From positions 3,488,001 through 3,552,000 of the forward strand of contig OZ250150.1 in assembly GCA_965237675.1 (NCBI GenBank): 64,000 nt of DNA, given 5' to 3'. The DNA is from Candidatus Latescibacterota bacterium. GTDB taxonomy: Bacteria; Latescibacterota; UBA2968; GCA-2709665. Positions 39,566 to 48,293 of this stretch are shown piece after piece (position 1 is the first letter of the stretch; every line of letters starts with the position of its first letter). The position numbers and the translations under genes were made by a program. The notes beneath the pieces were generated by a model. It was not told where the DNA came from. It did no database searches and worked only from the letters and a program-made list of their open reading frames with translations.

Positions 39566-40350
39566 GACAGGGTTCTTCCTTTGAGCATGGCGGAGGTGAC
39601 AGCGATCGCCGTGCGGCGCGGAATGAATCGTCCTGTGAAATTGAGCATTTTATTGGTAAGGCCATGGATTACAGAGGGTTTTCTGCCGAGTTTCTTCAGG
39701 GCAAGCGATACGACGGCATCGGGTGTGGCCTCTCTGAAGCCGCTGGCATCCTTGATATGGGCAACCCGAGTGAATTCGGTTCTTGTGAATCCGGGAGAGA
39801 GCGCCAGGCAGTCGACGCCTCTTGCCCTGTATTCTTTCCAGAGGGATTCACCCATCAGCAGGTTGAAGGCTTTGGTGGCGCCGTAGACGCCGAGGTACGG
39901 GGTCGCCTGGTATGCAGCAGTGGATGCAAGAAAGATGAGGCCCCCGCGACCTCTTTTGAGCATTAAGGGCAGATAGTGGTTGGTGAGCAGAACCGGCACC
40001 ACGCAGTTCAACACGGTCATATTAACGACGCGATCGGGGTCCAGGTCCGCATGTGCGCCTGAAAGGCCAAATCCGGCATTGTTGATCAGCAGGCCGATTT
40101 CCAGGTCGCTCGTTTGATCCCCGACCAGGCAACAGGTATTGTGACCCGTGAGGTCGGCGGGAACGACGCGGGTCTGTACGCCGTGAGCCCGTTCGACACC
40201 GTCGGCGAGGGCCTCCATTCGTTCTGCCCGGCGGGCTACGAGCGCCACGTTCAGGCCTCTGGCCGCCAGTTGCTTCACAAATTCCGCTCCGAGGCCGGAT
40301 GAAGCGCCGGTGACGAGGGCCCAGGGGCCATACTTCTCGTGCCATTGCAT
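39562..40350 (-). CDS. SDR family oxidoreductase
   Basis: TGASSGLG, NNAG, YGATK; ATGA overlap with the downstream gene. Confidence 0.92.
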   Translation of the reverse strand: MQWHEKYGPWALVTGASSGLGAEFVKQLAARGLNVALVARRAERMEALADGVERAHGVQTRVVPADLTGHNTCCLVGDQTSDLEIGLLINNAGFGLSGAHADLDPDRVVNMTVLNCVVPVLLTNHYLPLMLKRGRGGLIFLASTAAYQATPYLGVYGATKAFNLLMGESLWKEYRARGVDCLALSPGFTRTEFTRVAHIKDASGFREATPDAVVSLALKKLGRKPSVIHGLTNKMLNFTGRFIPRRTAIAVTSAMLKGRTLS

Positions 40351-40432
40351 AGAGACGGCTCCTTCCCGGTCGGTGAGACCGCCGCCGGGTCACGTCCTGC
40401 GAAGCGGTACGTAAATTCTCCTGTGGGGGAGT

Positions 40433-41284
40433 CTATTCTTTCAGCGCGGCCTCAGCCAATGCGTCGGTATCGGCCACCATCTCTTTCCAGGCGACGTTGG
40501 TATAGTCGGGACCGAAGTCAAATGGCGGGGTCTCGATGCACATTGTACGTTTGTAGCCGATGTGAGCGGCATGCCGGAAGAATCTGCGCCAGTCGACCCG
40601 TCCGTGGCCGGGCGCGAGGTGGGAATCCCGGTCGCCCGCGTTGTCCGCCAGATGAAATGCGACAATCAGGGGGCCCATGACTTCAAAGAAGCGGTGCGCA
40701 TCCCCGCGGCCGGCCACCAGCGCGTGGCCGGTATCCAGGCAGAAGCCCAGCTTGGGGTGGGCGAAGTCCCGGATGATCCGCTCGAAATGCTCGGGTGTGG
40801 AGGTGAATCGCCCGCCGCCGGACGGCAGCATATTTTCCAGGGCGATCGTGAAGTTGAGGGCTTCCGCTTCCCGCAGGAGGACGTCAAGGCTCTTTCCGAT
40901 TTGACGGAAATAAGTTTCAAGGCCTTCCACATCGGCGTCCGTCCGGTTGGTAGTGGGATGCTGGATGCCGATCCTGGCGCCGATCAGCGAGGCTTTTCCC
41001 ATCCAGAGGCGCATTTTGTCCACGGCTCGCCGGCGTACGGTTTCATAGAAGGAAGCGATGTCGTCATCGGGAGAAAACGGCAGATGAAACGTCTCAACGT
41101 GCAGTCCCGCCGCTCGATAGCTTTCGCCCATGGCCTGCAATTCGGCTTCCGTTTTTCCGTTGAACAGCGGCGGCGCGCCTTCGATGCCTGCCAGACCAGC
41201 GAAGTGACAGGTTTCCATGATCTCGCCGTGGGACTTTTCAGCCAATCCATAACCTGTCGTGGTCCACGTCCAGGTTTTCTGCAT
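40433..41284 (-). CDS. Sugar phosphate isomerase/epimerase
   Basis: ALENM, LDTGH, FHLADN, HLAPGHG, CIE. Confidence 0.87.
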   Translation of the reverse strand: MQKTWTWTTTGYGLAEKSHGEIMETCHFAGLAGIEGAPPLFNGKTEAELQAMGESYRAAGLHVETFHLPFSPDDDIASFYETVRRRAVDKMRLWMGKASLIGARIGIQHPTTNRTDADVEGLETYFRQIGKSLDVLLREAEALNFTIALENMLPSGGGRFTSTPEHFERIIRDFAHPKLGFCLDTGHALVAGRGDAHRFFEVMGPLIVAFHLADNAGDRDSHLAPGHGRVDWRRFFRHAAHIGYKRTMCIETPPFDFGPDYTNVAWKEMVADTDALAEAALKE

Positions 41285-41401
41285 GATGGTTTCCTTCCCG
41301 TATGGGCGAACCCGGTGTGGTCATCGTTTGACTTGAATGGTTTCCTGATACCCGCTTTTTTGCTGATCAGATCGAATGCGAAGTGCGATATCATCCTGAA
41401 T

Positions 41402-42178
41402 CTATTCCTTAGCTGGTTGCGCCCGTTTGCGTTCCCAGCGATCATACCAGTCCAGCAGTTCAGAGCTCGGCGCGAAATCGTGAATGGTAACGCGTCTGCG
41501 TCCGGGCAGATAGTTGCCGATGTGCCAACCGTTGGGATGGTAGAGCGCGAAATCGCCTGCATCCATATACAACCGCTCCGACCGCGGCATCGCCTGGGTA
41601 TACTCCAGACATGCGCGTTCCCGTTCTTCGTACGATTGGTCTTCCGGTGGTAGCGGCCCCCCTGCGGCGTCGATTTCATCCGGCAGGTCGTCTCGCAGAT
41701 AGCTGCCAGGTACATACCACGTGCAGTTGTCTTCGTAGAGCGGGCAGTTGACTTGGTTGAACCAGAGCGGATCGTGGCTCACCCGGCGAAACTCTTCCAC
41801 GTCGGGTACGTTTGATGTTTCACGCAGGTCCCGGTGCCACCGTGTGCACCAGGGTTTTTCCTTCGGGTCCAGCAGAAGCCCCAGTCGTTCAAGTTTGCCA
41901 TTGGCTATCTTGTGCCGGGGCGTGAGGACTCTACCGATGGCATCCACCAGCGGTGGCAGCTCCGCATAGTCCTGTAAGGGCTTCATGTCGATGGCGTAGT
42001 TGACGATGGGCTGAAGGCGCTGTGCCTGAGAACCGCGTATTTCGCGCGCATAATGCTGCGCTTTCGCAGTGGCCCGACGAAGGTCCCGAATGAGCGATGG
42101 GGGCAGGATCTGCCGGAACACGACGCAACCACGCGCGCGATAGTTGTGGATCATTGAATCACAGAACTTGAAACCCAT
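41402..42178 (-). CDS. Phytanoyl-CoA dioxygenase (PhyH)-family Fe(II)/2OG enzyme
   Basis: WHRD (HxD), YVPGS, distal WHIG..R. Confidence 0.72.
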   Translation of the reverse strand: MGFKFCDSMIHNYRARGCVVFRQILPPSLIRDLRRATAKAQHYAREIRGSQAQRLQPIVNYAIDMKPLQDYAELPPLVDAIGRVLTPRHKIANGKLERLGLLLDPKEKPWCTRWHRDLRETSNVPDVEEFRRVSHDPLWFNQVNCPLYEDNCTWYVPGSYLRDDLPDEIDAAGGPLPPEDQSYEERERACLEYTQAMPRSERLYMDAGDFALYHPNGWHIGNYLPGRRRVTIHDFAPSSELLDWYDRWERKRAQPAKE

Positions 42179-42355
42179 GTGTTACCCCCGGTTAGCCTTT
42201 CATCGATTCACGGACGATGCAGTGGATATCGGAAATCGGCTGTCGCCGGGTTCCACGGGATCCGCAGGTTCTGCTTCGCCTGTTTTGATGCCCCGATCCG
42301 GTGCGGATTACGACGATCGGGCATCGGAATCACTCCATGTCGTCTCCGCCCGCGT

Positions 42356-42901
42356 CTACACTTTTTTTATGGCGTCTCCCACCCGCACGGTTCCCGGTTG
42401 AACAACTCGCGCGTTCAGGCCGCGCAGGCGGAGACGCTTTCCCACGCGCGAATTGACGAATTTCATGGCATCCACCCCAAACCGCGACACGAATTTCCGG
42501 CAACCCGTGTGGGGGATTTCGGTCACCTGGATTATCGCGTTGTCGAGCGAGAGCCGAGTTCCCGGCGGCAGGTTTTCTTCGCTCAGATTCAAGTCCACGT
42601 AGAGCTGATCTCCAGCCAATTCCCAGCGGTGGTTATTTTGTGCGACAAGAGCGGCGCACCGGGCGTTCATGACGTTGAGTTGCGTGTCGGGATCCGGCGT
42701 CCGGGAACTGCCGCGTGTTTTCCAGTTATCGCCGACGAGGCCCTCCGACGGGCTTAGTTCGCCTTCGGCAAGGACTTCGCGCTGGCCGATTGCCGGCCGT
42801 CGCACAATCAATTTTAGGATGCCCTCATCCTCCGGTGAATCACAGACCTCGTCCAATCCCGCTTCGAGTTCTTGCATTGTCAGATGTCTCACACTAACCA
42901 T
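42356..42901 (-). CDS. MOSC domain protein
   Basis: GLVGDNW, AGDQLYVD, PHTGCRKF, LRGLNARV..G.VRVGD. Confidence 0.88.
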   Translation of the reverse strand: MVSVRHLTMQELEAGLDEVCDSPEDEGILKLIVRRPAIGQREVLAEGELSPSEGLVGDNWKTRGSSRTPDPDTQLNVMNARCAALVAQNNHRWELAGDQLYVDLNLSEENLPPGTRLSLDNAIIQVTEIPHTGCRKFVSRFGVDAMKFVNSRVGKRLRLRGLNARVVQPGTVRVGDAIKKV

Positions 42902-43020
42902 TACCGGCCTCCGTTTTCGTTAGCGATTGGATCGTCCGTGGAATTTCAGGCCCTTCTCGGGATACGATCCGGATCGGGCCCGCATGATGCTGCAAATGCG
43001 CAATTGTCTTGCTGGACCTG

Positions 43021-43716
43021 TTACGTTGACGGCACTGGCCAGTCAAAGCCGTAACCCACTCCCCTCACGGTGGAGATCGCGGCGCCAATGCCAGCCAACT
43101 TCGTACGGAGACGCGCGACGTGCACGTCTATGGTGCGCATCCCGCCGTGATAATCGTATCCCCAGATCCGGTCGAGCAGATCGGACCGCGTAAAGACGCG
43201 TCCGCTGTTGGCAACGAGGTATTTCAACAGGTCGTACTCTTTCAACGTGAGTTCAATCAGTTCGCCTCCGACGCGAACTTCAAAGCGCGCCAGGTCAATG
43301 ATCAGATCGTCTACCTTGATCGTGTGCTCGTCGTCTCGCCTGACGGCGCGCCACAGTGCCAGGCGCAGGCGAGCTTCCAGTTGACCGAGAGAGTAGGGCT
43401 GGATGATGAAGTCGCTTATCCCCGTGGAGAAGTCCAGGTTCGGGGCGCGTTCCTCGTCGGCGACCAACAGCACCGGGGTGTTCCGGGCCCGGGAAGTTCG
43501 TCGCAAATTCAGAACGGTTTCAGGCAGACGGTCCGGGAAGGATTCGTCGTCAACGACGATCAGGTCCGGGGGTTCGACCTGTACGCTGCTGGGAACCGGC
43601 GTGTCTCCGTGGCTCGGATTCCACGGGGGGTATGACACGGTATACCCGATCGATTCCAGGTCTGACTTCAGCCGGTCGCCATAATTTTTATCAGCCAGCA
43701 GCAGTATATTGGACAT
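43021..43716 (-). CDS. Orphan OmpR-family response regulator (GlnR-like)
   Basis: Atypical receiver; winged helix LTLKEYDLL, RVFTR, IWGYDY.GG.RTIDVHVARLR.K, TVRGVGY. Confidence 0.88.
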   Translation of the reverse strand: MSNILLLADKNYGDRLKSDLESIGYTVSYPPWNPSHGDTPVPSSVQVEPPDLIVVDDESFPDRLPETVLNLRRTSRARNTPVLLVADEERAPNLDFSTGISDFIIQPYSLGQLEARLRLALWRAVRRDDEHTIKVDDLIIDLARFEVRVGGELIELTLKEYDLLKYLVANSGRVFTRSDLLDRIWGYDYHGGMRTIDVHVARLRTKLAGIGAAISTVRGVGYGFDWPVPST

Positions 43717-44057
43717 AGCGTCGGCCTGGCGTCGTGTCGATGGCGCATCCGGGATCGGGACAAGGACCGGGTTCCACCCTGTCCCGTCCGAATTGAGACT
43801 TGCAATCCGCAAGTCGGAAAATTACAGCGCGGAGAGCAACGTTGTCAAGAATTATCTGGCCGTGGCGGGGTCCCGAAGCGCGGCGGATTTTTGGGATGGG
43901 AGGCAGGACGGCCGGGCTTCAATTCGGTTCGGATTGAGCAGGAAGAGACCGATACGTCTCGCGCTTTGAACCAAAGCCACATCTGCAACGGTTTATATAT
44001 TACGATATTCCGGCGCGAAGTCAATAAATTTAAATCCTTTAAAAACAATTTATTATA

Positions 44058-44086
44058 TTGACTTTTCCGGGTTCAGTCCTTATTTT
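44058..44086 (+). promoter_or_regulatory. Putative sigma70 promoter of the Zn-finger operon
   Basis: TTGACT-17-TATTTT in an AT-rich divergent intergenic region. Confidence 0.5.
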
Positions 44087-44175
44087 CATGGGAAGTATAT
44101 CCGATCCGGTTCAATGCTCTCTTTTTCCAGCCACGTCCGGAGGGATCTCATTGTCTTACGAGGGAGAGGATACCT

Positions 44176-45189
44176 ATGGTCCCGAATCCGCATAGGTCCG
44201 AGCAGAAGCGATGTGAGGTTTGCGGGGTTGAGATTCCGACAGTCCGCATGGCAGAGGTGCCGGGCGTAATGAGGTGTGTGAAGTGTCAGAAGCTGCGCGA
44301 ACTGGGTAGACGATCCGACGTTGTTCAAAAGGGCCTGGTTGACCCGTCGTCGCCAGGTGAAGAGGAATCGGTGGAGGTAAGGGGGGATCAGGTCGTGTTG
44401 GGCAATTGGTCGGGGAGTTTAATGGAACTCGCAGGACGCGGCAGTCAGCTGATACGACTTGCGCGTATGGGCGACGTCAGCCGGGCTCGAGCGCTGGTGC
44501 AGGCGCTGCCGGTCGAGGAACAGGCGGCGTTGGTGGCGATGAGTGAAGAGCCCGAAGAGATGCTTTCGATGACCGGTGGAGACAGTTCCGGTGGACCCGG
44601 CTACAGCCGGCAGGTAGTGGAACTGCTGCCCACAGAGATTCTGGGAAACCTGATTTCAGTGAACCCGGACGAACGTAAGTTCAACACGGAACTGATCCGG
44701 GCGATGTCGCCGCCGGCTTTCCGGCGCGCAATGGCCGAAACCCTGGATCGAGTGGACGATTCCCGTTTGCGAACACGCGTATCCTGGGAGTGGCTCCAGG
44801 CCCTCGCCACACTTACGGATGTCGACCACCGGACAAAGTTGCTTCGCGCCGTGGATCCGGCCTTATTGGAGGATGCGCTGCTGGACCGCCAGACACATCT
44901 GGATTTGAACGCGGTCGTCGGCTTCGGCGGTTTTCAGGTGTATCGTTTTCGCCTCTTCTCGATCGAGGGGCTGGGCGGTACCCGCCCCAGCGCGTTCATC
45001 GACGATCCGGAAACTGGTATCGTGCTCGACGCGCTTTATGAAGCGTCGCCCGCCCTGCTTTCCAATATTATTCGCGTGGCCTGGGAACGAGGGAGGGACG
45101 ACGTCCAAGAGCAAATCACGGGTGAAACGCGCAAGCAGGAGTCGGCAGAGAACGGAGAGCAGACCAATGAGTGTTCTCGCACGAGTTGA
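44176..45189 (+). CDS. Hypothetical protein with N-terminal DksA/TraR-type C4 zinc finger fused to a helical domain
   Basis: CEVCGVEIPTVRMAEVPGVMRCVKCQ (C-x2-C-x17-C-x2-C); purine-rich RBS. Confidence 0.75.
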   Translation: MVPNPHRSEQKRCEVCGVEIPTVRMAEVPGVMRCVKCQKLRELGRRSDVVQKGLVDPSSPGEEESVEVRGDQVVLGNWSGSLMELAGRGSQLIRLARMGDVSRARALVQALPVEEQAALVAMSEEPEEMLSMTGGDSSGGPGYSRQVVELLPTEILGNLISVNPDERKFNTELIRAMSPPAFRRAMAETLDRVDDSRLRTRVSWEWLQALATLTDVDHRTKLLRAVDPALLEDALLDRQTHLDLNAVVGFGGFQVYRFRLFSIEGLGGTRPSAFIDDPETGIVLDALYEASPALLSNIIRVAWERGRDDVQEQITGETRKQESAENGEQTNECSRTS

Positions 45190-46075
45190 TTTTGAAAGTC
45201 TCAGGGGCGAGTCGGATGGGTTTTTGGGTCAGGCCATCACCCTGGGGGTAACGTATGGGAAACTGCCGGAACATACGCCGGACGCCCTGTTGGCCTATCT
45301 GCGAGCAGAAGGCACGAGGTTTGGACTGCGGTATCGCACAGGAATCGCAGTATCACGCGATGTACTCGAACGAGGGGTGCGCCAGGCGCTGGTCTGCCTG
45401 GAACTGGGTCTGATCGTCGCCGCGAAGGAAGACTTGAACCGGGCCGTGGAACTGCTTGCGGGGACCGATTTCGACGTGATCCGCAAACAAGGTTGGGAGG
45501 AAGCGTTTGTCCGCCTGGACGAGATGCGCCGAGTCTGCCGTTCCATAGCGGGGAGGCCTGAAGCGAATCTCCTGCAGGATTACAACTGGCAGATCGATCG
45601 TTGGTCCCGCATTGTCCAGGAGACGTGGACGGTTTCTGAGGGAGGGGATAACGACGAGGGTGAGATGCCGGTGGATCCGTTGCGGGACTTCGGGACGTTT
45701 CGAGAATTGCACGCCCGGTTTCGCTTTATCCGCCTTTTGCCGCCAGGGGTTTTGCGGGGTTTCGCGGAAGCTGTGAACGAGTGCACGTTCAGGGATTTCC
45801 TTCGACACCTGGTTCTGGCGCTGGCGCTGGACCTCAGGACGCTGGTCCCGACGTCAAGCCAGATAGCCGCATTCGAATCTGAATGTCTCGGGGACCGTGG
45901 GATGGCGGCCTGGGCGGGCGACAAGGTGACGACAAAAGCGAAGGAAATGGCACGCAGGGCGGTTGATGATTCCGGTTTACAGGTGCTGCTGATTCAGGAG
46001 GTGGAAGCGGAGATCGCTTCTCTTGAAGGGTGCTCTCACGATTCGCTATCCGGGTCTTTTGTGGCGGGCGTTTGA
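45167..46075 (+). CDS. Hypothetical all-helical protein overlapping the upstream gene
   Basis: Start MSVLARVDF after GGAG, overlapping the upstream 3' end; 302 aa. Confidence 0.7.
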   Translation: MSVLARVDFESLRGESDGFLGQAITLGVTYGKLPEHTPDALLAYLRAEGTRFGLRYRTGIAVSRDVLERGVRQALVCLELGLIVAAKEDLNRAVELLAGTDFDVIRKQGWEEAFVRLDEMRRVCRSIAGRPEANLLQDYNWQIDRWSRIVQETWTVSEGGDNDEGEMPVDPLRDFGTFRELHARFRFIRLLPPGVLRGFAEAVNECTFRDFLRHLVLALALDLRTLVPTSSQIAAFESECLGDRGMAAWAGDKVTTKAKEMARRAVDDSGLQVLLIQEVEAEIASLEGCSHDSLSGSFVAGV

Positions 46076-46083
46076 GCGGATCT

Positions 46084-46340
46084 GGCCGGCTTTGTCCGTA
46101 TGAGACACCCGAGGGGCCCAATATCGGGCGAATCCGGGTGTTCGCACTCGGGGCTGAAATCCGCAGCGGCAGGGTGACCACGGTAGGCGAAGGGCGGCCG
46201 TCGGTCTGGGGGCGTCGTTGGTTCCTTTTCTTTAGCACAACGACTGTAATCGGGTGTTGATGGGTGTGAATATGATGCGGCAGTGGTTGGAGCAGGACGA
46301 CCCCGCCCCGGCCGCTTGTGCAGACGGGAAACGAGCCTGT
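46084..46340 (+). pseudogene. Degraded fragment of a divergent RNA polymerase beta-subunit (RpoB)-like gene
   Basis: Frame 1 GRLCPYETPEGPNIG (46084-46128); frame 3 [27 protein letters not shown] (46203-46286, TAG at 46233 replacing Glu); frame 1 PLVQTGNEP (46312-46338). Same order as RpoB GRxCPIETPEGPNIG, ASLIPFLEHDDANRALMGxNMQRQ, PLVGTG. Confidence 0.85.
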
Positions 46341-46369
46341 GCCGATGCACGGGCCACATTTGGACCGCT

Positions 46370-47869
46370 TCAGGAAACGGATTTTCCGAAATGCCTGGCG
46401 AAGGCCAGAAAATCGGGGAAATTGACCTGACCGTCCCCATTCAGATCGAAGGTCGAATCGAAGTCGAGCGCGCCCTCCTCTCTGCCAAAATTCCGCGCGA
46501 ACAGGACGAAATCATTGAAATCCACCTGACCGCTGGCATCGAAATCGACGCTGATGATCGCCTCCCGCTCCCACGTGCGCATCCTGCCCATAAACGCGAG
46601 AATCGCTTCGGAATCGACGAAATCGTCACTTTCCAACATCAGCACGTCCCGCCCGTCTTGGGATACGGCAATTGATCCGGTGTCGGACGGATACTTCAAA
46701 GTGAGCAATTCACGATAGGCATCCACGAAGTCGTCCGCGTCGTCCTCCGTATCCCAACTCGTGTACACCAGAAGCAGCAGGTCCCGTCCGTCCCGCGACT
46801 GGAAGACCGCGTATCGGTCTCCGTTCCATCCTTGTGCCGCCGATTCACCGCGGACCTCCATGTCGAACTCGGCGAATACGATCCGCCACGTCAATTCTCC
46901 GATCGTATCCTCGTCCAGCAGCATCCAGTCGTCGAACAGACCCGCTTCCTGAAACGGCGGCCACGTAAACCGGTCCGGTTTTTCCCCGGTGACCCATTTT
47001 CCCGGATGCAGGATCTGTTCGGTCGAAACCGGGGGGTCCGCGTAGAGCCGGTTGACGGTGTTCCATCCGTACCCCTGAATCTGGTGGACAAAATTCATAC
47101 CGAAGATGTAGACGATGGCCTGCTGCAATATCATGAAATCAGGAAGTTTATCGATTGTCTGCAGTTCCTGTGGTGAACTGCCCTGCAATCTCGCAACTTG
47201 CTTCATCCCGCCCCGGAGTGACTCGACATCAAATCGCATCTGGCTTCCGATCATGCTCTGTAACAGCCCGCGTCCCGGCATCCGCCCATTGCGGTTGTTC
47301 AGGGCCCAGATGGTCTCGATGTACGTGGCCTCGCCCTCCCCGACCGCCTGGCGCGCGAGCTGTTCGTCGGAATTTAAAGAATCGACTTGCGCGGGCAGGT
47401 ATCGGTTCAGATCGAAATGCTGGTCCTGAAGACCATGGCAGAGTTCGTGAGCCAGAACAGCGTCCAGCACATTCTCAGGAAGGTTTTGCTTCAGGATGTA
47501 AAACCGGTCCACGTCGGGATCGTAATATGCGAGCGCGCCGGCTTGCAGAAACGTGAGTACCAGCGAGCGATCGAGGATGAACGCTCCGCTGTACAGCCCC
47601 AGTTTTCGAATCACGGGATCGTAATATTCCCAGTCCATAGCGGAATATTGCCGGTCGATCTGGCGTTCGGCGTACGCCTGAAACTCGGATGGACTCTGCA
47701 CCGCGACGTCGATGGACCACTTGAACTGCAGCCCCCGGATCTGCGAGATCTCTCCTTCAATCTGCCTGGCCCTGCGCCTGAGTTGAGCCAGACTCTGCGC
47801 CCTTGCGGGGACCTCCGAAAGGACGACTGCAAGACAGGCGAGCGGCGCCAGATATCGGATGAAGCCCAT
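46370..47869 (-). CDS. Secreted HExxH metallopeptidase-like protein with C-terminal EF-hand/dockerin-like repeats
   Basis: Signal peptide MGFIRYLAPLACLAVV..ARA; AHELCHGLQDQ, EGEA, PPVSTEQILHP, GWNGD; DFDASGQVDFNDF / DLNGDGQVNFPDF. Confidence 0.75.
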   Translation of the reverse strand: MGFIRYLAPLACLAVVLSEVPARAQSLAQLRRRARQIEGEISQIRGLQFKWSIDVAVQSPSEFQAYAERQIDRQYSAMDWEYYDPVIRKLGLYSGAFILDRSLVLTFLQAGALAYYDPDVDRFYILKQNLPENVLDAVLAHELCHGLQDQHFDLNRYLPAQVDSLNSDEQLARQAVGEGEATYIETIWALNNRNGRMPGRGLLQSMIGSQMRFDVESLRGGMKQVARLQGSSPQELQTIDKLPDFMILQQAIVYIFGMNFVHQIQGYGWNTVNRLYADPPVSTEQILHPGKWVTGEKPDRFTWPPFQEAGLFDDWMLLDEDTIGELTWRIVFAEFDMEVRGESAAQGWNGDRYAVFQSRDGRDLLLLVYTSWDTEDDADDFVDAYRELLTLKYPSDTGSIAVSQDGRDVLMLESDDFVDSEAILAFMGRMRTWEREAIISVDFDASGQVDFNDFVLFARNFGREEGALDFDSTFDLNGDGQVNFPDFLAFARHFGKSVS

Positions 47870-47882
47870 ACGGATCCGACCC

Positions 47883-48293
47883 TCAAGTCCCGGATTCTTT
47901 CTCAGCGGCGCGGTGGCGGGCCTCCCGGCCCTTTTCGGGGGTGGAATCTTTAACGAGGCCGTAGGATTCCCTGCCTTCGTGTCCTTCCGGCAGGTATTCG
48001 GTGATGGGCAGGCCTTCGGGGGTAACAAAGAGCAGGCAATGGCAGTACTTGTAGATTTTCATCTCGTCGCAGGCGCAGATCCACTCTCTGCTGCGTTCGA
48101 GTTCCGCTTTCTTGTCAGGGTAAAAGTTGCATGGGCACAGGGGACGGCCGAGTTCGTCGACGTGTGCGGCCAGACCGTTGACAACGGCTTCCGTGATGCC
48201 CCGGTCGGGATGGCCGGTCGTGCCGGTTTTCTCGCAATATTTCTCAAAGTAGACCCACATTCGCTTCAGACTTTTTTCCGATGGCTGGTCCAT
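47883..48293 (-). CDS. Ferredoxin-thioredoxin reductase catalytic (beta) subunit-like protein
   Basis: GRPLCPC...WICAC..M..YKYCHCLLF. Confidence 0.9.
   Translation of the reverse strand: MDQPSEKSLKRMWVYFEKYCEKTGTTGHPDRGITEAVVNGLAAHVDELGRPLCPCNFYPDKKAELERSREWICACDEMKIYKYCHCLLFVTPEGLPITEYLPEGHEGRESYGLVKDSTPEKGREARHRAAEKESGT

Noticed and set aside
46233-46235. In-frame TAG in the RpoB-like fragment as recoding (pyrrolysine or alternative genetic code)
   Set aside because: It is one substitution from GAG (Glu), it is accompanied by two frameshifts, and TAG is a normal stop in many genes here, so decay is the simpler explanation
46030-46260. 76-aa ORF as a functional small protein
   Set aside because: It overlaps the upstream gene and loses RpoB similarity after the frameshift; treated as part of the pseudogene
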